A stretch of 49,284 nt of DNA from Candidatus Omnitrophota bacterium (lineage in GTDB: Bacteria > Omnitrophota > Gorgyraeia > Zapsychrales > JBDRMG01). The notes below the pieces were generated by a model. The model did not search any database and had not been told where the DNA came from. It saw only the letters and a program-made list of their open reading frames with translations. Positions 24,152-34,706 of the stretch are shown piece after piece. The stretch's first letter is position 1, and every line of letters begins with the position of its first letter. Position numbers and translations under genes: made by a program. The DNA lies in NCBI GenBank assembly GCA_043812495.1, contig JBDRMG010000026.1, positions 1-49,284 on the forward strand. The letters run 5' to 3'.

Positions 24152-25348
24152 TTAAAGCAGATTGGGTGGGGCGCCCATAAGCTTCAGAAATCGCCTTTTT
24201 CCGACCTTCAAAACACCCTCTTTGAGCTCCCAATTCTCGCTAGAAATCTTTTTATTGTTGTGGGAAACTGCGCCTTGCTTAATCAGCCGTCTGGCCTCAT
24301 TCTTAGACCCGACAAGCTTGGCCTGGATCATCGCATCCATAAGCGATGGAGCCTTCGGGCCAGTCCAGGTAAATTCAGCCATATCTTCAGGGGTCTGCTT
24401 CTGGCCAAATGTTTTGTCAAACTCACTTCTTTGATAAGCGGCCTCTTGGGACCCATAAAACCGCTCGACCAATATTTGGCCTAATTGTAATTTTGCTTCC
24501 TTCGGATGCATCGCCTTGACGCCATTGAGATTCACATCCGTCAAAAGTTCATAATATTTAGCCATCAAGCTATCATCAATGGACATGGTCTTGCCGAAAA
24601 TATCCTTGGGATTCTCTTCTATCCCAATGTAATTTCCAAGAGACTTACTCATCTTTTGGATGCCGTCTGTTCCTTCTAACAAAGGCGTCATCAGAACAAC
24701 CTGTGGATCTTGCCCAAAGGATTCCTGCAACTGTCGACCCATGAGGAGGTTGAATTTCTGGTCTGAGCCTCCCAGTTCTACATCAGCTTTCAGATAGACA
24801 GAATCGTAACCTTGCAAAAGTGGATAAATAAATTCCAGAATGCTAATTTCTTTCTTTTGTTCATAGCGTTTCTTAAAGTCCGCTCTCGCTAACATCTGCG
24901 CAACCGTTGCCCGTGCGGCTAATGCAAGAATGTCTTGAGCCGTTAGCTGGCTTAACCATGCGCTATTAAAGACAACCTTTGTTTTCCTTTTGTCTAGAAT
25001 TTTAAAAACTTGTTTTTTGTAGCTTTTTGCGTTTTGCGCGATTTGCTGCGTCGTCATCTTAGGGCGTAGCTGGTCGCGCCCGGAGGGATCACCGATTTGT
25101 GCGGTAAAATCACCAATCAGAAAATAAACAACATGTCCGGCATCTTGAAACTGACGGAGTTTATTGAGTAAAACGACGTGACCGAGATGAATATCCGGCG
25201 CGGTTGGATCAAAGCCGGCTTTGATGCGAAGAGGTTTTCCGTTTTTCTTGCTCTTGCGCAACTTCTCTTCAAATGCTTCGATGTTGATAACTTCGGTTGT
25301 TCCCCGAGTCAACATCTTGAGTATGGAATCAACCGGATGGGCTTTCAT
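24152..25348 (-). CDS. tyrS: tyrosine--tRNA ligase
   Basis: GFDPTAPDIHLGH, YPLLQGYD, KMSKS, C-terminal S4-like domain. Confidence 0.98.
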   Translation of the reverse strand: MKAHPVDSILKMLTRGTTEVINIEAFEEKLRKSKKNGKPLRIKAGFDPTAPDIHLGHVVLLNKLRQFQDAGHVVYFLIGDFTAQIGDPSGRDQLRPKMTTQQIAQNAKSYKKQVFKILDKRKTKVVFNSAWLSQLTAQDILALAARATVAQMLARADFKKRYEQKKEISILEFIYPLLQGYDSVYLKADVELGGSDQKFNLLMGRQLQESFGQDPQVVLMTPLLEGTDGIQKMSKSLGNYIGIEENPKDIFGKTMSIDDSLMAKYYELLTDVNLNGVKAMHPKEAKLQLGQILVERFYGSQEAAYQRSEFDKTFGQKQTPEDMAEFTWTGPKAPSLMDAMIQAKLVGSKNEARRLIKQGAVSHNNKKISSENWELKEGVLKVGKRRFLKLMGAPPNLL

Positions 25349-25356
25349 GATCGACG

Positions 25357-26907
25357 TTACGATAACTTGGCGCTAACGCCAATTTTCATTTGATCGATAT
25401 CGACCTTGATGACGCGGACTTTCAGTTTATCTCCGGGCTTGAGCTTCTCTGCCTCTGTTTTCTCAATCTCCGAAGAATAAACCAAAGCCTCGACATCGTC
25501 CTCGAGCTTGACAAAGACCCCGTAGTTTGAATTCAACACAACCTCGGCCTCCATCTCAGTTTCGATCGGATACTTCTCAGCGATCTTTGGCCAAGGATTT
25601 TCCTGAAGCTGCTTTAAGCCCAGGGTGATTTTTCTATTTTCTCCATCAACGGCCAAGATCATCACTTCCACGTTTTGCCCTTTTTTGAGAATTTCCTGGG
25701 GATGGTTAATCTTCTTGGTCCAGGACATATCCGAGACATGAATCATGCCTTCCAGATTAGCATCCAGCTCGACAAAGGCTCCGTAGTCCGTGAAACCCTT
25801 CACGCGGCCAACGGTTTTGGATTGAGCTAGAAATTTTTTGTCAGCCTCAAGCCAGGGGTTGGCCTCAAGCTGCTTCATGCTCAGAGAAATCCGTCGGGCA
25901 TCTTTATCAACGTGGACAATTTGGACTTCAATCATATCTCCGATAGCAAAAAGCTCTTGGGGGTTAATCAATTTTTTCTGCCAAGTGATTTCCGATGAAT
26001 GGAGAAGCCCCTCAATGCCTTTTTCAATTTCGATAAATACACCATAGGGCATGATATTCACGATCTTTCCTTTGACTTTTGATCGAACGGGATACTTCTC
26101 TTCGATATTGCTCCAAGGATTAGTAATAATTTGCTTCAATCCCAAGGACACTTTTGAATTCTCACGATCGAAATCAAGTATCAAGATTTCTATCTTATCT
26201 CCCATGGCCACAACTTCGGAAGGATGATTAATGCGGGACCAGCTCATATCTGTAATATGCAAAAGTCCGTCCACGCCACCTAAGTCAATAAAAGCGCCAA
26301 AGTCTGTAATGCTTTTAACGATTCCCATGCGGCGTTGGCCTTTCTCCAATTGATCCCATAGCTTGTTGCGCGCCGTTTCTCGTTCCTTCTGTACAACATC
26401 CCGGCGAGAGACAATAAGACTCCTTCGCTGCTTGTTAATCTTGGCAACTTGAAATTTGTATTTATTGGCTAGTATCTCCTGCGGCGCAATACCTCGAAAC
26501 GAAGACAAGGACATCGGTAAGAAGGCCTCAACGCCCTCTACATCAACAATATAACCGCCTTTGACCTGACGAACAACGCGCCCTTCAACCACATCTAGCT
26601 CGTTGACATCATTGGAAATTCTTTGCCAGCCTTTCATCTTTTCAGCTTTTTCGTGCGAAAGAATGAGCCGCCCGTCTTCGTCTTCTATGGATTCAATGAG
26701 GATGTCGACTTTTTGACCAATCTTGAGCTCATCGAGATTACGAAATTCTTCAATCGGGATAAATCCTTCTGATTTAAAGCCAATGTCGATCACGGCTTCT
26801 TTTTTTGTAATCTCGACGACGGTTCCTATCACCACCTCGCCTTCCCGGACCTCTTTCAAGGTGTTTTCATACATCTGCGTCATGCTTGAGCGCTTATCTT
26901 CACTCAT
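25357..26907 (-). CDS. rpsA: 30S ribosomal protein S1
   Basis: Repeated S1 domains (FGAFIDLGGVDGLLHITDMSW etc.); start probably ATG 26907 or TTG 26916 after AAGGAG. Confidence 0.96.
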   Translation of the reverse strand: MSEDKRSSMTQMYENTLKEVREGEVVIGTVVEITKKEAVIDIGFKSEGFIPIEEFRNLDELKIGQKVDILIESIEDEDGRLILSHEKAEKMKGWQRISNDVNELDVVEGRVVRQVKGGYIVDVEGVEAFLPMSLSSFRGIAPQEILANKYKFQVAKINKQRRSLIVSRRDVVQKERETARNKLWDQLEKGQRRMGIVKSITDFGAFIDLGGVDGLLHITDMSWSRINHPSEVVAMGDKIEILILDFDRENSKVSLGLKQIITNPWSNIEEKYPVRSKVKGKIVNIMPYGVFIEIEKGIEGLLHSSEITWQKKLINPQELFAIGDMIEVQIVHVDKDARRISLSMKQLEANPWLEADKKFLAQSKTVGRVKGFTDYGAFVELDANLEGMIHVSDMSWTKKINHPQEILKKGQNVEVMILAVDGENRKITLGLKQLQENPWPKIAEKYPIETEMEAEVVLNSNYGVFVKLEDDVEALVYSSEIEKTEAEKLKPGDKLKVRVIKVDIDQMKIGVSAKLS

Positions 26908-26977
26908 TTTTTTCAATACACTCCTTTTCATGAATTTTTTGGGTTTTTCCGTCTTGCAGGTGAACCCAAAGTATAAG

Positions 26978-27006
26978 ATTATCGTTGAAATGGAGTTCTT
27001 TGTCAA
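26978..27006 (-). promoter_or_regulatory. sigma70 promoter of rpsA-tyrS
   Basis: TTGACA (27006-27001), 17 nt, GATAAT (26983-26978). Confidence 0.7.
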
Positions 27007-27063
27007 CTAAAATTTTACGCCTAGAAAATGAATTCCGCGCGTAAGGGACTTCCGGAGACTCGA

Positions 27064-27654
27064 TTATCTAGAAAGGGATTTGATCTTCTGAACCACTTCA
27101 ACGGCAATTTCAGGATAAGTCTTATCGGGTAAGAAGAACAGGGGTTCTCCAAACGCAATATGGATTCTGTGCCGAAAACATCGCAGAAAATTCGCACCGG
27201 GAGGAAGGACTTTTTCCGAACCCTCAATATGGGCTGGAATTATCGGAACATGGCCTTTGACAGCTAAAAGACCAATGCCGGGCTGGACTCTCTTCTTCCC
27301 TTCCCCGGCTAGTCTTGTTCCTTCCGGAAAGATAACCGTTCCTCCGCCTTTATTTAATCGTCTCAGGGCTTCTTTTATGGCCCCAATATCAAAACGATTT
27401 CTTCGGATAGGAAAGGCGCCAACCTGAGGAAGAAGAATTTTAAGAATTTTATTCTTAAAAAGAGAGTCTTTAGCGACGTAACTGAGGCGCTGACCGCATG
27501 CTACGCCTAAAAGCATCGGATCGAGATTGCTTAAATGATTGCTCGCCAGAATATATCCGCTCTTTTTGGGAACATGTTCAATACCATGAACAACGACTGG
27601 ACAAAAAATCTTCGTGATGAGGACAATAATATAATGCGCGATCCAATAAACCAT
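27064..27654 (-). CDS. plsC: 1-acyl-sn-glycerol-3-phosphate acyltransferase family
   Basis: NHLSNLD (NHX4D) and FPEGTR motifs. Confidence 0.92.
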   Translation of the reverse strand: MVYWIAHYIIVLITKIFCPVVVHGIEHVPKKSGYILASNHLSNLDPMLLGVACGQRLSYVAKDSLFKNKILKILLPQVGAFPIRRNRFDIGAIKEALRRLNKGGGTVIFPEGTRLAGEGKKRVQPGIGLLAVKGHVPIIPAHIEGSEKVLPPGANFLRCFRHRIHIAFGEPLFFLPDKTYPEIAVEVVQKIKSLSR

Positions 27655-27657
27655 ACG

Positions 27658-29082
27658 TCATCGCTTTTTGAGCAAGGCCTCGCCAAATTTGATCAATTTC
27701 TTGGCTTTGGTCGAGGATGTCGCTTCTGAATAAACACGCACCAGAGGTTCTGTACCCGAAGGACGGAACATCAACCAGCTTTCGTCCTCGCAGATCAGTT
27801 TGATTCCGTCGAAATCTTTAATTTCGACAACCTTTTTATTGAGAATCTTCTTGACCTTTTTGATTTTGTCCTGATTAAAAGCCTTTTTACTTATTTCTAA
27901 ATCCAAACGCTCATAATAATAGCGACCAAATTCCTTTTCCATATCTTTGATCAACTTCTTAAGGCTTTTTTTCTGGTAGACCATCATTTCTAAAAGAAGC
28001 AGGCCAGCCAAACTCCCGTCGCGTTCCGGAATATAATTCTGAAGGCCAATTCCTCCGGCTTCTTCACCGCCTATCAAAATAAATTCCGAAATCATCAGAT
28101 CCGAAATGTACTTAAAACCCACCGGTGTTTCATAAAGTTTACGGTTCAGTTTGGCAGCGATGTTGTCGAGCATGGTGGTCCCGCAAATGGTTTTTACGAT
28201 TCCCCCTTTGCGATTCCTGTTTCTAACCAAATGAAGAATCAATAGACCCAAGATCTTCTGCGGACTCACATATTCACCATCGGCCGTAACGGCCGCAATC
28301 CGGTCTGCATCCCCATCTAAAATAAGACCCAGATCAAATTTTTCTTTTTTGATTTTCTTTAACAAATCTCCCACGTACTCTTCGACAGGTTCTGGTTTTG
28401 CGCCGTCAAAAGTCGGGTTGACATCTTCCCTCATATAGCTGCATCGGATATTTGTTCCTTTGAGAATATCTTTGATCAGCGTTCCTCCGCTTCCATGCAT
28501 GACGTCCGTAATCACTTTATATTTTGATGGCCGGATACGCTTCAAATCAAGATAATTTCTTAAGAATCGGACATAATCTTCCCGGAAATCATGGATCACA
28601 ATCAATCGATCATCAACAGCCTGCTGGAAATCAAGCTTCTTAACCTCAGTTTTTTCGAGGTATCCTTCCACTATATTAGTCACCTCGCGGGATGCGGCAC
28701 CGCCCAAACCTGTTTTAATCTTAATACCGTTGAATTTTCCCGGATTGTGGCTCGCGGTAATCATGATACCCGCCACGCAATGATTGCGCGTCACCCCAAA
28801 GCTAAGGGCTGGTGTCGGAATACTCGCGTTCGACAAAATGGCTTCAATACGGTTGGCAGCAAGAACGCACGCCACAATCTTTGCATATTCCTCTGATAGA
28901 AATCGCGTATCAAAACCAATGGCCACGCGCTTGACACCTTCCTTCTTCTTTAGGTACTTGTTAATCCATTCGCTGATTGCCTGACTCACAATGGCGACAT
29001 TTTTGAATGTAAATTTATCCGAAATAACGGCTCTCCAGCCGTCGGTTCCAAATTTTATTTCACTGACATGATTTTCAACCAT
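27658..29082 (-). CDS. phosphoglucomutase/phosphomannomutase family
   Basis: FGTDG, TASHNP, DGDADR, GEEAGG, RPSGTEP; ATG 29082 after AGGAGG preferred over 29118. Confidence 0.95.
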   Translation of the reverse strand: MVENHVSEIKFGTDGWRAVISDKFTFKNVAIVSQAISEWINKYLKKKEGVKRVAIGFDTRFLSEEYAKIVACVLAANRIEAILSNASIPTPALSFGVTRNHCVAGIMITASHNPGKFNGIKIKTGLGGAASREVTNIVEGYLEKTEVKKLDFQQAVDDRLIVIHDFREDYVRFLRNYLDLKRIRPSKYKVITDVMHGSGGTLIKDILKGTNIRCSYMREDVNPTFDGAKPEPVEEYVGDLLKKIKKEKFDLGLILDGDADRIAAVTADGEYVSPQKILGLLILHLVRNRNRKGGIVKTICGTTMLDNIAAKLNRKLYETPVGFKYISDLMISEFILIGGEEAGGIGLQNYIPERDGSLAGLLLLEMMVYQKKSLKKLIKDMEKEFGRYYYERLDLEISKKAFNQDKIKKVKKILNKKVVEIKDFDGIKLICEDESWLMFRPSGTEPLVRVYSEATSSTKAKKLIKFGEALLKKR

Positions 29083-29101
29083 TCTCAAAAACCCTCCTGA
29101 C

Positions 29102-29683
29102 TTATGATTTGCATCCATATAATTTATTTCTTTTTATATACTGGATAACCTTATCCGGCACAAAATATTTAACGCTCTTACCAATGGCTATGCGTCTGCG
29201 GACATAACTCGATGAGATATCGATACCCGGCATGGACACAGAATAATGCCGAATATTGTTCGTTTTCTTAAATTGTCCGGGTCGATTGACAACAATAAAG
29301 GTGGCCACTTTGAGAATATCTTCGATGTATTTCCACTTCTTCACTTGGGGCAAAGTATCTCCTCCGATAATGAAGAAAAGCTCGGCATTTTCGGGGTAAA
29401 GCCGCCTGAAATACCACATCGTATCCACCGTATAGGATTTTCCCTTTTTCTTGATCTCAAAATCAGAAATGTCAAAATCCGGATTATTTTGAATCGCCAA
29501 ACGCACCATCCGATGACGGTCTTTCGAGGGTGCAACAATTTTTGGATTTTTATGCACAGGCAGATACGAAGGGACAAAAATCACTTTCTCAAGCTGCAAG
29601 CGTTCTTTGGCCATTTCAGCGACTGCCAAGTGTCCGATATGAATGGGATTGAATGTTCCGCCAAGAACACCGATGCGTTTCAT
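29102..29683 (-). CDS. nadD: nicotinate-nucleotide adenylyltransferase
   Basis: GGTFNPIHIGH, SYTVDT, ISSS. Confidence 0.97.
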   Translation of the reverse strand: MKRIGVLGGTFNPIHIGHLAVAEMAKERLQLEKVIFVPSYLPVHKNPKIVAPSKDRHRMVRLAIQNNPDFDISDFEIKKKGKSYTVDTMWYFRRLYPENAELFFIIGGDTLPQVKKWKYIEDILKVATFIVVNRPGQFKKTNNIRHYSVSMPGIDISSSYVRRRIAIGKSVKYFVPDKVIQYIKRNKLYGCKS

Positions 29684-30939
29684 GAGCGAACCTGCCCGTT
29701 TCCAAAGACCGTGTATTTGTAAGTCGTTAACTCTTCCAAGGCCATGGGTCCGCGGGCATGCAATTTATCCGTGCTCACGCCAATCTCGGCGCCTAGGCCA
29801 AATTGATATCCATCCGTAAAGCGGGTTGACGCATTCACATAAAGACACGCGGAATCAACCGACTTCATGAATTGTTCAGCCTCTTTCTTGTCATCGGTGA
29901 TGATCGCATCGGAGTGTTGAGAACCGTGGGTATCGATATGATCGATGGCCTCTTTGAGATGGCCGACAACCTTCACAGATAAGATCAGGTCCAAATATTC
30001 CTCATCCCAATCTTTGGGCTTGGCTCTTTGAATACCTTCCTTGGCAATTTTTCTTGTTTGATCACATCCGCGGATTTCGACTCCAGCTTTTTGAAATTTT
30101 TTGATCATGTCCGGCAAGAACAAGGAGGCAACTTTTTCATGGACAAGCAAAGTCTCCATGGCGTTACAAACGCCGGGCCGCTGCACTTTAGCATTAAAAC
30201 AGATCTTCTGAGCCATCTTGAGATTGGCTCGATGGCTCACATAAGTATGACAAACACCTTTATAGTGTTTGATCACAGGGATGCTTGAATTTTTCGCGAC
30301 AAAACGAATCAGCCCCTCTCCGCCACGCGGAATAATCAAATCAACGTATTTGTCCAAAGATAAAAGAGCATGAACCGCCCGCCGGTCCACTGAACTAATG
30401 AGATAAAAAGCGCTAGAAGGAATGCCGGTCCCTTTGAGGGCCCGCTGCAATACCTTAAAAATGGCTTTGTTAGAGTAAAAGGCTTCTTTGCCGCCTTTTA
30501 AAATGGCGACATTACCCGATTTGAGACATAAGCCGATACAATCGCTCGCCACATTCGGACGAGATTCATAGATGATTCCAATCACACCGATCGGAACGCG
30601 GACTTTTTTAATCACAAGACCGTTGGGTCTTCGGATGGTTCTCAATATCTCGCCAACCGGATCTTTGAGCTTGGCCGTATCCCTTAGACATTGAGCCATT
30701 TCTTTAATGCGTCCTTTGTTGAGCGTGAGCCGGTCGATCAGGGCTTTTGAATATCCTTTGCGTATTGCGATATTCAGATCCTTTTTATTTTCTCTCAGAA
30801 GATATTTGGATTCTCGCAAAAGACACCGAGCCATTTTTTGAATCGCTTTATTTTTTGTCTGAGTCGACAATAAAGCAATGATCCGCGAAGTCTTTCTGGC
30901 TTCTTGGGCACATCGGCAAATTTGATCGTGAATGCTCAT
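29680..30939 (-). CDS. proA: gamma-glutamyl phosphate reductase
   Basis: IIYESRPNV, VCNAMETLL, NASTRFTDG, KLHARGP. Confidence 0.98.
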   Translation of the reverse strand: MSIHDQICRCAQEARKTSRIIALLSTQTKNKAIQKMARCLLRESKYLLRENKKDLNIAIRKGYSKALIDRLTLNKGRIKEMAQCLRDTAKLKDPVGEILRTIRRPNGLVIKKVRVPIGVIGIIYESRPNVASDCIGLCLKSGNVAILKGGKEAFYSNKAIFKVLQRALKGTGIPSSAFYLISSVDRRAVHALLSLDKYVDLIIPRGGEGLIRFVAKNSSIPVIKHYKGVCHTYVSHRANLKMAQKICFNAKVQRPGVCNAMETLLVHEKVASLFLPDMIKKFQKAGVEIRGCDQTRKIAKEGIQRAKPKDWDEEYLDLILSVKVVGHLKEAIDHIDTHGSQHSDAIITDDKKEAEQFMKSVDSACLYVNASTRFTDGYQFGLGAEIGVSTDKLHARGPMALEELTTYKYTVFGNGQVRS

Positions 30940-30965
30940 ATTCTTTAAACCGAGTTTCTTGATTT

Positions 30966-32057
30966 TTATCTTTGGCAGAAAACAAGATTATCGCAATGGA
31001 TCACTTCCTGCTTTCTGTGCTTATCTTCTGCTTTGTAGAGATCCACAATGGAATAATGCACAATTCCGCGGGCGATCTCCTGGCCCTCTTTGTCATTAAC
31101 AATAACGACATCGTCCACTTTAAAATTGCCGTCCCATCGAATAATCCCGGGTAGAAGAAGGCTCTTTCCTCTTAAAAGGAGCGCTTCTTTGGCTCCATCA
31201 TCAATGGTAATCACTCCCTTGGGCTTAGCGCCGAAGGAGATCCAATGTTTGCGCGAAAGCAATTTGTCTTCTTTCTCCATGAAAAATGTTCCGATCCGTT
31301 CGCCTTTGAGAATGCGCGTTAAGACCTGCGGCGTTTCTCCGTTAGCGATAATGCAGGGAATCTTGGCGTGCGCCGCCACTTTCACGGCTTCAAGTTTAGC
31401 GGCCATGCCCCCTTGAGAAATATGTTTCTTCGAAGGATCCGCGCAAACCATGCCTTCGATCTCTTTGGTGATCTCTTTAATTTCTCGAAAGAGTTTCTTC
31501 TTGCCGTTTTTTATATCGTAAAGACCTTCGACGTCAGAAAGAATGAGAAGCAAGTCGGCCTGAATCATGCTCGCAACCAAAGCCGAGAGCCGATCATTAT
31601 CACCGAATTTAATTTCATCGGTTGAGATGGTATCGTTCTCGTTGACGATCGGCACAATACCGTTTTCTAAGATAGCCTGCAGAGTATTGCGGGCATTATT
31701 AAAGCGGTGGCGATTGTCAAAATCATCCCACGTCAGAAGAATTTGCGCGCATTTTATTTTATTCTTCTTAAAGAGCTGCGAGTAGGTCTGCATCAAAACA
31801 TTCTGCCCCACCGCGGCGGTCGCTTGTAACGTCGCTAAGTCCGTCGGCCGTAAGCTTCGATTGAGCTCGCCCATCCCCAGGACAATGGCTCCTGAGCTGA
31901 CCAAAACAACTTCGACGCCGTTTTTGCTGACGCTAGCGATCTCTTGCGCAAGAGAAGACAGACGTGCCTTCTTGGGCTTCATCCGATACGTCGCTATAAC
32001 GGTTGAGCCAATTTTAATAACTAAACGCTTGATTTTTCTCGGAAATTTTCTCGACAC
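30966..32057 (-). CDS. proB: glutamate 5-kinase with PUA domain
   Basis: VIKIGS, PIVNENDT, FGDND, GGMAAK. Confidence 0.98.
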   Translation of the reverse strand: MSRKFPRKIKRLVIKIGSTVIATYRMKPKKARLSSLAQEIASVSKNGVEVVLVSSGAIVLGMGELNRSLRPTDLATLQATAAVGQNVLMQTYSQLFKKNKIKCAQILLTWDDFDNRHRFNNARNTLQAILENGIVPIVNENDTISTDEIKFGDNDRLSALVASMIQADLLLILSDVEGLYDIKNGKKKLFREIKEITKEIEGMVCADPSKKHISQGGMAAKLEAVKVAAHAKIPCIIANGETPQVLTRILKGERIGTFFMEKEDKLLSRKHWISFGAKPKGVITIDDGAKEALLLRGKSLLLPGIIRWDGNFKVDDVVIVNDKEGQEIARGIVHYSIVDLYKAEDKHRKQEVIHCDNLVFCQR

Positions 32058-33010
32058 AAGGCCTCGGTTATTTCTTCAACGAGCCGATCGCATCCTGTTT
32101 TTTCTAAAGCCGATATGGCTAGGATAGGTTCTTTGCATTTTTCTCTAAATTTCTTAAGATTGTCCTTACTTTGATCCAAATCCATTTTGTTAGCTACGAG
32201 AATCTTTTGTTTTCTGATGAGAAGATGCTTGTATTCATACAATTCGTGGTTAATTTTCTGATAATCTTCAAAGGGATCACGGCCTTCGGTGGCCGCCATA
32301 TCAATCACATGCACCAGGAGAGTCGTTCGCTCAATATGCTTCAAGAAACGATCCCCTAAACCCCGGCCTTCATGCGCCCCTTCGATCAGGCCTGGCATAT
32401 CCGCTACAATAAAATCAGATTCTTCGCCTTTCACAATCCCCAGAACGGGCTGTTTGGTCGTAAACGGATAGCAGGCAATTTTTGGACGCACGCTTGAAAT
32501 CGCAGAAATCAGAGATGACTTTCCCGCGTTGGGAAATCCGATAAGACCGACATCGGCGATTAGCTTTAATTCAAGATAAACAACTTTTGATTCGCCTTCT
32601 GTGGGCAAAGCCGTTCTTTTATGTCGACCATTCCCGAGACCCCCGCGGCCGCCTTTGGCCACATTAACCCTTTGTCCGTCAAAAAGCAAATCCTTGAGAA
32701 CAAGTTTAGACTCATCATCCCGAAGGATCGTCCCAACCGGAACCTTCAAAATACAATCTTCACCGGTTCGACCGCTTTTGCCCTTGCTGCTGGCATGACC
32801 TCCGCGCTCACCCTTATAATGCTGTCTAAATTTAAAATCAAGGAGTGTCTGTATTCTTCGGTCAGCAACAAAAACGATATCGCCGCCATTGCCGCCATCC
32901 CCGCCATCAGGCCGAGGATGCCTAGTCAACTTATCGGAGTAGAAACTTTCACAACCTTTACCGCCATCGCCGGCTTTGACAAAAATCCTAGCTTCATCTA
33001 TAAAGGCCAT
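32021..33010 (-). CDS. obgE: Obg family GTPase (no C-terminal extension)
   Basis: Gly-rich Obg domain, GFPNAGKSS, YPFTT, DMPGLIEG, NKMD. Confidence 0.98.
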   Translation of the reverse strand: MAFIDEARIFVKAGDGGKGCESFYSDKLTRHPRPDGGDGGNGGDIVFVADRRIQTLLDFKFRQHYKGERGGHASSKGKSGRTGEDCILKVPVGTILRDDESKLVLKDLLFDGQRVNVAKGGRGGLGNGRHKRTALPTEGESKVVYLELKLIADVGLIGFPNAGKSSLISAISSVRPKIACYPFTTKQPVLGIVKGEESDFIVADMPGLIEGAHEGRGLGDRFLKHIERTTLLVHVIDMAATEGRDPFEDYQKINHELYEYKHLLIRKQKILVANKMDLDQSKDNLKKFREKCKEPILAISALEKTGCDRLVEEITEALCRENFREKSSV

Positions 33011-33021
33011 GATTTATGAGA

Positions 33022-33336
33022 TTAGCTTGGGGAGATTTTTGTAATATTCAGGGTGGTAAGTTTTTGGCGGTGTCCTTTTTTCCAGTCCCAATCTTTCCGG
33101 CGTCGATATCGATAAGACACAACCTTTGGCGCCAGCGTCTGGCCAACGACCTTAGCGGACACTTTGACGTCTTTTAAGAACGGCTGACCGACTTCGACTG
33201 TTTTCCCGTCGGAGAGAAGCAATATCTGGTCCAAATTCAAGGTCTTTCCATCTTTCTCGTCCCAACGCTGAACAGAAATAACATCGCCTTCGGCAATCTT
33301 ATATTGATGCGAACCTATTTGAACAATCGCAAACAT
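33022..33336 (-). CDS. rplU: 50S ribosomal protein L21
   Basis: MFAIVQIGSHQYK, GHRQ. Confidence 0.97.
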   Translation of the reverse strand: MFAIVQIGSHQYKIAEGDVISVQRWDEKDGKTLNLDQILLLSDGKTVEVGQPFLKDVKVSAKVVGQTLAPKVVSYRYRRRKDWDWKKGHRQKLTTLNITKISPS

Positions 33337-33365
33337 CCTTTTACGCCTCCTTCATCATTTCACTT

Positions 33366-34667
33366 TTAGTCGATCTTAACACGACCACGTCCTTCGCAAT
33401 AAGGACAATCGACAAATGAGATCGATTCAATGGTTTTACCCGTACGTGCTCTTGTCATCTCCACGAGTCCGAGAGAGGAAATCTTGGATACTTCCGTCTT
33501 TTCATGATCCCGGCTCAAGGCCTTTTCTAAATGGTCCAACACCTGACGCTTATGCGCCTCCCTGGACATATCAATAAAATCGATCACAATAATGCCGCCA
33601 AGGTCCCGCAGGCGCAATTGCCGGGCAATTTCCGGAGCGGCTTCCATGTTCACCATGAAGGCCGCTTCCTCAGGGGACGCATGGGTCTTGAACTTTCCGC
33701 TGTTGACATCCACCACAATCAAGCCCTCGGTCGGTTCAATCACAACATAGGCCCCGGATTTTAGAAAGACGCGTTTATCAAAAATTTTATTCAACTCTCC
33801 GGAAATATTTTTTGAATCAAAAAGCGACACATCCTCTTTGGCGTAAATGATCTTATGGACCATGCTGCGCCCGATGAGGGTCTGAACAAAGCGACGTATT
33901 TTAACATACTCTTCGTGAGAATCAACAATAAGTTTGTCGACATCCTCCGTCAAAAGATCGCGCACGATGCGCCACAACAGATCATATTCTTTCCAGATGA
34001 GCGCCGGCGCTTTGTTTTGCTCAGACATTTTCTTGATTTTCTGCCACATATTAAGAAGAAACTTGGCATCGCGGAGAATTTCATTCCTGCTTTTCTTAGA
34101 AGAAACTGTTCGGATAATAAACCCTGAATTCTTGAAGGAATCTAAATCTTTTGATATTTCCTTCAGACGTTGGCGCTCCTGAATGTCTTCTATTCTTTTG
34201 GATACACCAAAATGCCTATCAAATGGCATGAACACGACAAAACGACCCGGCAAAGTGATATGCGTGGTCAGTCGGGCTCCCTTCGTTCCAAAAGGTTCCT
34301 TGACGACTTGGACCAGAACCTCGTCTCCTTTCTTAAAGGCAACGGGACCGGGGGTCTGCTTCTTATCTTTTTTCTTATCTTTTCTTTTGAGGAATTTACC
34401 CAAAAACTTGGCCGGACCGGAAATGTCGTCTTCCACCAGAGGGCTTACGGTATCTGTAAGATAGAGAAAACCGTTTCTCTCATGGCCGATATTGATAAAC
34501 GCCCCGTTGATGGAGGGAAGGACGCTCTCGACTTTGCCTTTATAGACATTTCCTAGGAGGGCTTGATCGTGATGGATCTCAATGTAAAAATCATCGAGTT
34601 TACCGTTTTCAACGATCGCAACACGTTTTTCATTCTGCTGAATATGAACAAGGATTTCTTTTGACAA
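33366..34667 (-). CDS. rng: ribonuclease E/G family (short RNase G-like)
   Basis: S1 domain GNVYKGKV, DVNSG, GGIIVIDFIDM, CPYCEGRG. Confidence 0.93.
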   Translation of the reverse strand: MSKEILVHIQQNEKRVAIVENGKLDDFYIEIHHDQALLGNVYKGKVESVLPSINGAFINIGHERNGFLYLTDTVSPLVEDDISGPAKFLGKFLKRKDKKKDKKQTPGPVAFKKGDEVLVQVVKEPFGTKGARLTTHITLPGRFVVFMPFDRHFGVSKRIEDIQERQRLKEISKDLDSFKNSGFIIRTVSSKKSRNEILRDAKFLLNMWQKIKKMSEQNKAPALIWKEYDLLWRIVRDLLTEDVDKLIVDSHEEYVKIRRFVQTLIGRSMVHKIIYAKEDVSLFDSKNISGELNKIFDKRVFLKSGAYVVIEPTEGLIVVDVNSGKFKTHASPEEAAFMVNMEAAPEIARQLRLRDLGGIIVIDFIDMSREAHKRQVLDHLEKALSRDHEKTEVSKISSLGLVEMTRARTGKTIESISFVDCPYCEGRGRVKID

Positions 34668-34706
34668 TTTTTAAGGTTCTTCTCTGTAAGTTGAAATATT
34701 GACTCT

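Noticed and set aside
26917..27006. Longest RpsA start (TTG 27006)
   Set aside because: The TTG is the -35 box of the predicted promoter; the SD lies further downstream.
27064..29683. Absence of cmk before plsC-rpsA and of rsfS after nadD
   Set aside because: These neighbourhoods vary widely among bacteria; uninformative without the genome.
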